DNA of 64,000 nt from an uncultured Gemmatimonadales bacterium (lineage in GTDB: Bacteria; Gemmatimonadota; Gemmatimonadetes; Gemmatimonadales; GWC2-71-9), in NCBI GenBank assembly GCA_963844035.1, contig CAWJMT010000035.1, positions 258,764-322,763 on the forward strand, given 5' to 3'. Shown one piece after another: positions 47,747-56,772 of the stretch. The notes beneath the pieces were generated by a model that was not told the origin of the DNA, searched no databases, and saw nothing but the letters and a program-made list of their open reading frames with translations. The first letter of the stretch is position 1, and the number at the start of each line of letters is the position of its first letter. The position numbers and the translations under genes are program-made.

Positions 47747-48109
47747 GTGAACCACACCGTCCTCGTCTGCGATGACGCCATCTTCATGCGGACGATGATC
47801 AGCGACATCCTGACGCAGGCCGGCTTCGAGATCGTGGGCGAGGCTGAGACCGGCGCCCAGGCCGTTGAGAAATACAAGCTGCTCCGGCCCGATCTGGTCA
47901 CGATGGACATCGTGATGCCCGACATGGGCGGCATCGACGCGGTGCGGGAGATCGTGAAGGGCGATCCCAACGCCAAGGTGCTGATGTGCAGTGCCATGGG
48001 TCAGCAGGCCCTGGTGGTGGAGGCGATTCAGGCCGGCGCGAAGGACTTCGTAGTGAAGCCGTTCCAGCCCTCCCGCGTGCTCGAGGCCGTGCAGCGGGTT
48101 CTCGGTTAG
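47747..48109 (+). CDS. cheY: CheY response regulator, Bacillus CheY/DifD-like
   Basis: DDAIFMR, DLVTMDIVMP, MCSAMGQQ, AKDFVVKPF. Confidence 0.95.
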   Translation: MNHTVLVCDDAIFMRTMISDILTQAGFEIVGEAETGAQAVEKYKLLRPDLVTMDIVMPDMGGIDAVREIVKGDPNAKVLMCSAMGQQALVVEAIQAGAKDFVVKPFQPSRVLEAVQRVLG

Positions 48110-48110
48110 C

Positions 48111-50042
48111 ATGGATCTCTCGCAGTACGCCGAGCTGTTCCTCGCCGAATCCCGCGAGCACCTGAGCGCGTGCAACCATCTGCTCCTCGAGTGGGAGCGA
48201 GATCCGGCGGCGCGCGAGCCCGTGAGCGGCATCTTTCGCGCGGTGCACACGGTGAAAGGCATGGCGGCCACGATGGGGTACGCCCGCGTGGCCGATCTGG
48301 CGCACCGCGCGGAGAACCTGCTCGACGCCCTGCGCCGCAGCTCGACCGCCGTGACTGACGATCTGGTGCAGCTGATGTTCCGCACCGTGGACCTCCTGGA
48401 GCGATCGGTGGAGCTGTCCGTGGTGGGCCGCGAGGGCGAGCTGGATGTCGCCGCGGTCGCCGCGGAGCTGGAGCGGGCGAGCGCCGCCATGGCTCCCCGT
48501 GCCGCGCGCGCGACGCCGCCGCCGGCCGCCGCTGCCGTCTCCGCCACGCCCTCCACCACCTCCACATCCTCGACCCCCTCCACCGCGGCCACTCCTGCCG
48601 CGGTACCGGAAGAGGGTCGCCTGGTGCAGGTGACGTTGCGTCCCGATTCGCTGCTCAAGGGTGGGCGCGCGCTGATCGTGCTGCGCAAGGCGCAGGCGCT
48701 CGGCACCGTGCACGGAATCACGCCGCCCCCGACGGCATTCGAGTCCGAGGACTTCGACGGGCGCCTGGCCTTCCGGCTCGATTCGGCGGCAACGGTCGAC
48801 GCCATCGTCCAGGCGATCCAGGGCGCCGGCGATGTCGAAGCGGTCACGGTCGTGTCGGAGGCTCAGGAGGAGCTGCGGCCCGAGGGCGGCGCGGAAGGCG
48901 CCCGCACGCGGCATCTCCGCGTCGATCTGCGGCGGCTCGACACCTTGATGGATCTGATCGGCGAGCTCGTCATCGCACGGGGCCGGCTGAACGAGCTGGC
49001 CGCCCTGCGCCGCGATCCCGCGGTCGACGACATCGCGATCCATGTCTCCCGCCTGTCGATCGATTTGCAGGACGAGATCATCCAGGCGCGCATGACGCCG
49101 GTGTGGCAGGTGTTCGACCGGCTGCCGCGCCTGGTGCGCGACAGCGCGCGCGAGCTGGGCAAGCAGGTCGCGTTCCGGATCGAAGGGAAAGACATCGAGC
49201 TGGACCGCGCGATCCTGGACGAGCTGATGGATCCGCTCGTGCACCTGCTGCGCAACGCGGTGGATCACGGCCTCGAGTCGCCCGCGGAGCGCCGCAAGGC
49301 CGGGAAGCCGGTGGAGGGAGAAATCCTGCTCTCCGCGGTGCGCGAGCGCTCGAGCGTCACGATCACGATCACCGACAACGGGCGCGGCATCGATCGCGCG
49401 AAGGTACTCGCGCGCGCCAAGCGGGAGGGTCTGGTCGAGGCGCATGCCGACACGCTCACCGACGACCAGCTGCTGCGGATCCTGGCGCGCCCCGGGTTCA
49501 CCACCGCCGAGGCGGTGACCACGGTGTCGGGCCGGGGCGTGGGGATCGACGTCGTGACCACGCGGCTGCGGGCGCTCGGCGGCTCGATCGAAGTACGCTC
49601 GGAGCCGGGCAAGAGCACGAGCTTCGTGCTGCGGCTGCCGGTGACGCTCGCGATCGTTCGCGCGCTGATCGCCAGCGTGGGCCGCGAGCGCTACGCGCTC
49701 CCGCTCACGTACGTGTCGGAGACGGTAGAGTTCGGTGACGAGCCGACGACGATGATCGAGGGGCGGGAGGCGATCGTGCTGCGCGACCGGGTCGTGCCGC
49801 TGGTCCATCTGCGCGCCCTGCTCGGCGTCCACGGCGACGCACCGCCGCCGCGCCGGCCCATCATCGTGCTCGAGATGGGCGATCGCCGTGCCGGTCTCGT
49901 GGTGGACGGCATGCTCGGCCAGCGGGAGATCGTGGTGAAGAGTTTCGACGCGCCGCGCGGCACGCTGCCGCTGTTCAGCGGGGCGACGATCATGGGCGAC
50001 GGAGTCCCGGCGTTGATTCTGGACGCCGGCGGAATCGTGTAA
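48111..50042 (+). CDS. cheA: Chemotaxis histidine kinase CheA
   Basis: Hpt FRAVHTVKGMA, P2-like domain, LDTLMDLIGELVI, HLLRNAVDHG, SGRGVGIDVV, C-terminal CheW domain. Confidence 0.97.
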   Translation: MDLSQYAELFLAESREHLSACNHLLLEWERDPAAREPVSGIFRAVHTVKGMAATMGYARVADLAHRAENLLDALRRSSTAVTDDLVQLMFRTVDLLERSVELSVVGREGELDVAAVAAELERASAAMAPRAARATPPPAAAAVSATPSTTSTSSTPSTAATPAAVPEEGRLVQVTLRPDSLLKGGRALIVLRKAQALGTVHGITPPPTAFESEDFDGRLAFRLDSAATVDAIVQAIQGAGDVEAVTVVSEAQEELRPEGGAEGARTRHLRVDLRRLDTLMDLIGELVIARGRLNELAALRRDPAVDDIAIHVSRLSIDLQDEIIQARMTPVWQVFDRLPRLVRDSARELGKQVAFRIEGKDIELDRAILDELMDPLVHLLRNAVDHGLESPAERRKAGKPVEGEILLSAVRERSSVTITITDNGRGIDRAKVLARAKREGLVEAHADTLTDDQLLRILARPGFTTAEAVTTVSGRGVGIDVVTTRLRALGGSIEVRSEPGKSTSFVLRLPVTLAIVRALIASVGRERYALPLTYVSETVEFGDEPTTMIEGREAIVLRDRVVPLVHLRALLGVHGDAPPPRRPIIVLEMGDRRAGLVVDGMLGQREIVVKSFDAPRGTLPLFSGATIMGDGVPALILDAGGIV

Positions 50043-50053
50043 GGGGAGGACAG

Positions 50054-50671
<618 letters not shown>

Positions 50672-50674
50672 GCC

Positions 50675-53368
50675 GTGACGGCGCCGGCGCCCTCGGAACG
50701 CGACCTCGCCGTCCTCCGATCCTTCGCCCGCCGGATCGATGTATCCGATGCGGGCGCCCACAACAATCTCGGCGTGGTCTACTATCGCAAGGGTCTGATC
50801 GAGGAAGCGATCGCGGAGTTCACGCGCGCCCTCGAGCTCGACCCCAAGATGCAGGTCGCGCAGCGCAACCTCGAAATCGCCTACCACAACACCGGGTTCT
50901 ACGACCGGCGCGTGGCCGAGCTGCAGGAACGCCTGCGCCAGGCGCCGGACGAGCGCGAGGCGCGCTGGGAGCTGGGCCGTGCGTACGCGGTGCTCGGGCA
51001 GGACCAGGAGGCGATCGCCGAGTTCGAGGAGCTGCTCGCCAAGAAGCCCGACGACATCGGGGCGATCATCCAGCTCGGGCTCGCCGAGAAGAATCGCGGC
51101 CGTCTGGACGTGGCGACCGAGTGGTTTCTCCGTGCCTGCGAGCGTGATCCCTCGAGCAGCGTGGCCCAGTTCTATCTCGCCGAGGTCTACTACAACCGGG
51201 GCCTGAACGCCGACGCGCTGGCGGCGCTGGACCGGGCGATCTCGCTCAACCCCGACAACGCGAACGCGCACTACCTCATGGCGTTCGTGCTGGGCGACAT
51301 GGGCCGCCACCAGGACGCGCGGGCCGCGTCCAAGCGCGCGATTCAGCTCAACCCGCCGCTGGCGCGCGCCCAAACCAACCTCTCGCTCGAGCGCTACACC
51401 GCCGAGCACAAAGCCCGCGAGCTGCGGGCGCGCGACGCCCCCGAGCCGACCATCATCGAGGGCAACGCGCTCGCGCACTACAACCTCGGGCTGGCCTTCC
51501 GCCAGAAGGGCTACTACAACGAGGCGCTGCACGAATACCGCCTCGCCCTGGAGCGCGGGGAGGACCGCAAGCTCGCGTTGCAGGCGATGGCCGAGGTGCA
51601 CTTGCTCAAGCGCGACCTCCCGGCGGCGCGCGAGCTGTACGAGACGCTGCTGCGCGAGTCGCCCGAGTCGCCCAAGCTGTGGAACGAGCGGGGCGTGGTG
51701 CTGCAGCAGGGCGGCCAGGCGGACGAGGCCCTCGCGTCGTACCAGCAGGCGGTGCAGGTGGACCCCAAGTACGGCCTGGCGTGGAACAACCTCGGCGTGC
51801 TGCTGGCCCACCGCGGCGAGACGGAGCAGGGGATCGACGCGTTCCGGACGGCGCTGCAGTGCCAGAGCACGCTCAGCGCCGCGCGCTTGAACCTCGCCCT
51901 GCTGCTGTTTCAGCTGCGGCGCTTTCAGCTGTCGCTCGAAGCCTACCGCCAGGTGCTCACCAATGAGCCGAACTCCGCCGCCACCTGGAACGGCATCGGT
52001 CTCGTGCTCGTCGAGCTGAAGCGCTTCACCGACGCGCGCAACGCGTTCGTGCGGGCGATCGAAGGCGACGCCGAGCACGCGGGGGCGCATTACAACCTCA
52101 GCTTCACGCTCTCGAACCTGGGCGACTACGACGGCGCGCTGCGGGCCACCAAGCGCGCCCTGGAAATCGACCCCTACTACGTCTCGCAGAAGTTCGCGCT
52201 CACGATCGACCTGCAGTTCGAGAAGGGGACGATCGGCGTCGCTCCGGAAATCTCGGCGGACGTGCTGGCGGAGACCTTAGGCGAGACGTTCTCCTTCGAT
52301 CAGCGTCTGCTCGACAACATCTTCCAGGAGCTTGCCCCGCCGGCCGCCGCGGCGAAGGACACCGCCCAGCGCGTGGAGGACCCGCTCGCGCTCGCCCGCG
52401 ACTATCTGAGCAAGGGGCTGATGGAAAACGCCTCCTCGGAAGCGGCGCGGGCGGTGCAACGCGGTGCCGATCGGGGAGATGCCGCGGTGCTATTGGGCGA
52501 CATCTTCGCCCGGCGCGGCCTGCACGGCGAGGCGCTGGAGCGGTTTCGCGAGGCGCGGGCGCTCGACGCCGCCCGGCCCGACGCGCTGCTCGGGGAAGTG
52601 CGCGCGCTGCTCGCGCTCGACCGGCTCGACGAGGGGGCCGCCCTGGCGGAGCAGCTCCTGGGGCTCACCCCCGACGACGTCGAGGCGCTGGTTGCGGTGG
52701 CCAAGTGCCGCGCGGCGGCCGGCGATGCCGGGGGCGCGCTGACGGTGCTGAAGCAGGCACAGACGCGCGCGCCCGCCCGGGCCGATCTCCGGAAGCTCGA
52801 GGGCGACGTGGCGCTCAAGGTCGGGGATCCGGGCAGCGCGCGCACCGCGTACCGCTCGGCGCTGGAGCTCGACCCGGGATACGTCCAGGTGTGGCTCGAG
52901 CTGGGCCGGCTGCACGAGCTGAAGGAAGAGTGGGGTCCGGCCGAGCAGGCCTACGAGCAGGCGCTCGAAAAGCTCCCGAGTTTCTACGAGGCGGCGCTCG
53001 CGCTCGCCGACCTGCTGCGCCGCGTGGGGCGCGTGCGCCATGCCGTCACCCGGCTGGCGACGATGTTGGAGCAGGATCCCTACGATCTCAAAGCCCTGCT
53101 GCTGCTGGGCCGGGCACTGCTCGACGACAAACGCGACGCGGCGGCCCTGGAGGCGTTCCGGCGCGCCCTCCGGTTCGACCCCGAGCTGGTGGAAGCGCTG
53201 TTCCAGCTCGGCGTCGCGCTCGCCCGCGTGCACCGCTACGGCGACGCGGTGGAGGCGTGGGAGCGGGTCACCCGCCTCGATCCGTCGGGACCGTTCGCGC
53301 AGCGCGCCCGGATTCACGCGCGCACGGCGCTCGATCTGCAGCACATCTTCACCTCCGACGCGGCCTGA
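50675..53368 (+). CDS. Large cytoplasmic tetratricopeptide-repeat protein (897 aa)
   Basis: Many AHNNLG/AHYNLG..A..LDP repeats; no signal peptide. Confidence 0.9.
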   Translation: MTAPAPSERDLAVLRSFARRIDVSDAGAHNNLGVVYYRKGLIEEAIAEFTRALELDPKMQVAQRNLEIAYHNTGFYDRRVAELQERLRQAPDEREARWELGRAYAVLGQDQEAIAEFEELLAKKPDDIGAIIQLGLAEKNRGRLDVATEWFLRACERDPSSSVAQFYLAEVYYNRGLNADALAALDRAISLNPDNANAHYLMAFVLGDMGRHQDARAASKRAIQLNPPLARAQTNLSLERYTAEHKARELRARDAPEPTIIEGNALAHYNLGLAFRQKGYYNEALHEYRLALERGEDRKLALQAMAEVHLLKRDLPAARELYETLLRESPESPKLWNERGVVLQQGGQADEALASYQQAVQVDPKYGLAWNNLGVLLAHRGETEQGIDAFRTALQCQSTLSAARLNLALLLFQLRRFQLSLEAYRQVLTNEPNSAATWNGIGLVLVELKRFTDARNAFVRAIEGDAEHAGAHYNLSFTLSNLGDYDGALRATKRALEIDPYYVSQKFALTIDLQFEKGTIGVAPEISADVLAETLGETFSFDQRLLDNIFQELAPPAAAAKDTAQRVEDPLALARDYLSKGLMENASSEAARAVQRGADRGDAAVLLGDIFARRGLHGEALERFREARALDAARPDALLGEVRALLALDRLDEGAALAEQLLGLTPDDVEALVAVAKCRAAAGDAGGALTVLKQAQTRAPARADLRKLEGDVALKVGDPGSARTAYRSALELDPGYVQVWLELGRLHELKEEWGPAEQAYEQALEKLPSFYEAALALADLLRRVGRVRHAVTRLATMLEQDPYDLKALLLLGRALLDDKRDAAALEAFRRALRFDPELVEALFQLGVALARVHRYGDAVEAWERVTRLDPSGPFAQRARIHARTALDLQHIFTSDAA

Positions 53369-53371
53369 TCC

Positions 53372-54523
53372 ATGGCAATTGAAGGCCCGCTTCGGGAACT
53401 CGGCATCCACGATGTGTTCCAGCTCCTCGACCTGAGCCGGAAGACGGGCGTGCTGCGTGTCACGTCGGATCTGCGGCACAACGCGGGGACCGTGCACTTC
53501 GAGGCGGGCACGATCGTGTTCGCCGAGATTCGCAGCAATCCCCACCCGCTCGGGGCGCTGCTGCTGCGCACCGGAAAAGTGACCGAAGCCGATCTCGAGC
53601 GCGCGCGCGACATGCAGACGCGCCAGGGAGATCCGCGCCGGCTGGGCCAGATCCTGGTCGATCTCGGAGCGATCTCGGCGCGCGAGCTCGAGCGCCAGAT
53701 GCGGTTCCAGATCGAGGAAGTCGTGTTCGAGATGATGAGCTGGCACGAAGGATTCTTTTCCTTCGGCGAGGAGACCGTGGCCGTTCCGGCGGACGCCGTG
53801 CGGATTCGCACCGAGGCGATCCTCATGGAGGGCGCGCGGCGCATCGACGAGTGGTCCCGCATCGAGAAGCGGATTCCGCACCTCGGCGTGGTGCCGCAGC
53901 TGGCGCCGCCGCGCGACGGGGACGCGGGCCAGGTCGATCTGCTCCCGGCGGAGTGGGAGCTGCTCGCGCTGTTTGACGGCGAGCGCGACGTGCGGACCCT
54001 CGCGGGGGAGCTGGGGCGCTCGGACTTCGAGGTCGCGAAGACGCTGTTCGGCCTGGAAAGCGCGGGCGTGATCATGCTGGTCGATCAGGGGCCCGCCAAG
54101 GGCGAGCGCGTGACGACGGCGGCGCAGCTCGCGGAGCTGGTCGCCCGCGCCGAGGACGCGCTCGCCGGCAAGGACCTGGGGCGCGCGCGCGCCGAAGCGG
54201 AGCAGGCCGCCGGCCTGTTCCCGCACGACGCCACGGTGCACCTGCTGCTCGGCCGCATCCAGCTCGCCGCCGCCCGCCCGAGCGACGCCGCCGACGAGCT
54301 GCGGCGCGCGCTCCACCTCGACCCGCTGCTGGTCCCGGCGCATCGGATCCTCGGGTACGCCCTCGTGGCGTCGGGTCGGTTCGCGGAGGCGGTCGAGCAG
54401 TGGGAGCACTGGGAGCGGCTCGCGTCCCGCTCGGATGCGGAGACCGCGCAGCTCGAGCAGGTGCGGCGCGCCAAGCTGGCGGCGCAGACGCTGCTGGGCG
54501 CCGGAGTGCCGAGCCATGGCTGA
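53372..54523 (+). CDS. DUF4388 (PatA-N-like) + MshEN-like + TPR protein
   Basis: MAIEGPLRELGIHDVFQLL..RKTG.L N-terminus; RLGQILVDLG repeat; LMEGARRIDEW; C-terminal TPRs. Confidence 0.85.
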   Translation: MAIEGPLRELGIHDVFQLLDLSRKTGVLRVTSDLRHNAGTVHFEAGTIVFAEIRSNPHPLGALLLRTGKVTEADLERARDMQTRQGDPRRLGQILVDLGAISARELERQMRFQIEEVVFEMMSWHEGFFSFGEETVAVPADAVRIRTEAILMEGARRIDEWSRIEKRIPHLGVVPQLAPPRDGDAGQVDLLPAEWELLALFDGERDVRTLAGELGRSDFEVAKTLFGLESAGVIMLVDQGPAKGERVTTAAQLAELVARAEDALAGKDLGRARAEAEQAAGLFPHDATVHLLLGRIQLAAARPSDAADELRRALHLDPLLVPAHRILGYALVASGRFAEAVEQWEHWERLASRSDAETAQLEQVRRAKLAAQTLLGAGVPSHG

Positions 54524-55352
54524 CGACATCAAGTCGCTCTCGGCCCAGCTCGCGCAGGACCCCACCAGCATGGTGTTCCTGCGGTTGGCGGAGCTGTTGC
54601 GCCAGCGCGGGCAGCTCGACGCCGCGCACCGCGTGGCGGTGGGCGGGCTGGAGCGGCACCCGCACATGGCCGACGCGCACGACCTGTTCGCGCGCATCCT
54701 CGCCGACAAGGGCGACTTCGAGCGCGCCTTCGACGAATGGGACATGGCGGTGCGGATCGCCCCGGGCCATACCGGGGCGCTCAAGGGGCTCGCGTTTCTG
54801 TACTTCAAGGTGGGCGACGTGGATCAGGCGGTGGCGCACCTCGAGTCGGCGCGGCGGCACAGTCCCGACGACCCGAGCATCGATCAGGCGCTCGCGGTGG
54901 TGCGGGGCGGCGGGCCCGCGAAGGCGGCGCCCGGCCCCGCCGCGGCGTCGCGCGAGCCGGCGGCAACCGCCGCCACCGCGGCCCCGCTCGAGGACGCGCG
55001 GGTATTCGCCGGCCTCGAAGGCGCGCAGGAGGGGCTGCTGTTGCTCGACGCCGCGGGGCGGGTGCTGGGGGGCGCGCTGCGGAATCCCGCCGGTGACGAC
55101 GTGACCGACGCGGTGGCCGCGTATCTCGCCGGCGTGTCGCAGGAAGCGGCGCGCACCGCCAAGCTGCTGGGGCTCGGGACGTGGACGGGACTCGCGACCG
55201 AAGGGGGCCAGGGTCACGTGCACCTCGCCCAGCCTACTCCCGACGCGCTGCTCCTCGTGGTGCGGGATCGCGCCACGCCGATGGGACGGCTCGCCATCGT
55301 GGCGCAGCGGGCGGCGCACGCGGCCCGCCGCTGGCTGGAGCAGCAGGGATGA
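54516..55352 (+). CDS. TPR + C-terminal roadblock/LC7-like domain protein
   Basis: DPTSMVFLRLAE N-terminal TPRs, Ala/Pro linker, then LLLLDAAGRVL..AAYLAG..LG.W....E...LLLVV..GRL roadblock-like fold. Confidence 0.7.
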   Translation: MADDIKSLSAQLAQDPTSMVFLRLAELLRQRGQLDAAHRVAVGGLERHPHMADAHDLFARILADKGDFERAFDEWDMAVRIAPGHTGALKGLAFLYFKVGDVDQAVAHLESARRHSPDDPSIDQALAVVRGGGPAKAAPGPAAASREPAATAATAAPLEDARVFAGLEGAQEGLLLLDAAGRVLGGALRNPAGDDVTDAVAAYLAGVSQEAARTAKLLGLGTWTGLATEGGQGHVHLAQPTPDALLLVVRDRATPMGRLAIVAQRAAHAARRWLEQQG

Positions 55353-55702
55353 CGACCGCTCCGTTCCAGCGCGCGCTCGATCTGATCACCCGCGTCCGCG
55401 GCGTGCGGGGGGCCATGCTGGTCTCCGCGGCGGACGGGCTGGTGGTCGCCGAGCACCTCATGGAGGGGATCAAGGGAGGCGCCGTCGCCGCGCTCGCGGG
55501 CAGCCTGTCCAATCGGCTGGGGAAGGCGATGGAGGCGGCGGGGATCGGACGGAGCGTCTTCTGGCATCTCCAGGGGACCGACGGTGCGCTGCTCGTGGTG
55601 CCGGCCACTTCGGGGATTCTCGTGGTCGCGGTGACGGAGCCGGAGGTGAATGTCGGATTGGTGCGGCTCGAGCTGCTGGGCGCGGCGGGGGTGGTGGGAT
55701 GA
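55349..55702 (+). CDS. Roadblock/LC7 domain protein
   Basis: VRGVRGAMLVSAADGLVVA..AALA...LVVAVT..VNVGLVRLEL. Confidence 0.85.
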   Translation: MTTAPFQRALDLITRVRGVRGAMLVSAADGLVVAEHLMEGIKGGAVAALAGSLSNRLGKAMEAAGIGRSVFWHLQGTDGALLVVPATSGILVVAVTEPEVNVGLVRLELLGAAGVVG

Positions 55703-56169
55703 GCACGCGCGCCGTCGAAACCTGGACACTCGACCCGTTGAAACACTTCGTGAGCGAGGCGAGCGCCCGTCTGGTGCTGCTGATGACGCCGGCGGGGCAG
55801 GTGATGGCCCAGCACGGGTTCTCGCGCGCGGTGGACGTGATGTCGGCGGCGGCACTCGGGGCGGCGATCATGGCGTCGACGGCGGAGATCGCGCGCCAGC
55901 TGGCGCAGCCGCCGTTCGCGGCGCTCACCCACCAGGGCGATCGCCACGGCATCTTTCTCGGCGCCGTGCCCACGAACCGCGGGACGATCGTCGCGCTGGT
56001 CGTGTTCGATCTCGACGCTTCGTCCGCCGGGCTGGTGCAGCTATTCTTTGAGCAACTCGGCGCCGAGCTCAAGGCCGCGAGCCCCAAGGAGGGCGTGCCC
56101 AAGCAGGTGCTCGCCGCCGACTTCGAGCGCGAGCTGAGCGACAGTCTCAACACGCTGTTCGGGAGATAG
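55699..56169 (+). CDS. mglB: MglB-like roadblock protein (putative MglA GAP)
   Basis: LLMTPAGQV.AQHG..AALGAA..AST...A.....F..L.HQG...VVFD..SS.GLV and C-terminal helix DSLNTLFG; directly upstream of mglA. Confidence 0.8.
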   Translation: MSTRAVETWTLDPLKHFVSEASARLVLLMTPAGQVMAQHGFSRAVDVMSAAALGAAIMASTAEIARQLAQPPFAALTHQGDRHGIFLGAVPTNRGTIVALVVFDLDASSAGLVQLFFEQLGAELKAASPKEGVPKQVLAADFERELSDSLNTLFGR

Positions 56170-56172
56170 CCC

Positions 56173-56772
56173 GTGTCCCTGGTGAACTTCACGACGCGCG
56201 AGATCACCTGCAAGATCGTGTACTACGGTCCCGGGCGGTCGGGGAAGACGACGAACCTGCACTACATCTACGGCCGCGTGCCGGATCAGCGGCGCGGGCG
56301 CATGGTGTCGCTCGCGACCCAAACCGACCGTACGCTGTTCTTCGACTTCCTGCCGATCGATCTCGGACAAATCTCCGGCTTCTCGACGCGCTTCCAGCTG
56401 TACACGGTGCCCGGCCAGGTCTACTACAACGCGACCCGCCGGCTGGTGCTCCAGGGCGCCGACGGCGTGGTGTTCGTGGCCGACAGCCAGGCGCGGCAGC
56501 TCGACGAGAATATCGAGAGCCTGCAGAACCTCCAGAGCAACCTGCTCGAGATGGGCGTGGATATCCGCACGCTGCCGGTGGTGATGCAGTACAACAAGCA
56601 GGACCTGCCCCGCGAGCTGATTCTCCAGACCGCGGACCTGGACGACTCGCTCAATTTCCGCAGCATCCCGAGCTTCGGCGCCGACGCGCTGCATGGCCGC
56701 GGCGTGTTCGAAACCCTCAAGGGGATCTCCGAGCAGGTGCTCAAGAAGCTCTCGGCGGGGAGCACGGTGTGA
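56173..56772 (+). CDS. mglA: MglA small Ras-like GTPase
   Basis: KIVYYGPGRSGKTTNL, TDRTLFFDFLP (intrinsic Arg finger), LYTVPGQV, QYNKQDL. Confidence 0.96.
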   Translation: MSLVNFTTREITCKIVYYGPGRSGKTTNLHYIYGRVPDQRRGRMVSLATQTDRTLFFDFLPIDLGQISGFSTRFQLYTVPGQVYYNATRRLVLQGADGVVFVADSQARQLDENIESLQNLQSNLLEMGVDIRTLPVVMQYNKQDLPRELILQTADLDDSLNFRSIPSFGADALHGRGVFETLKGISEQVLKKLSAGSTV

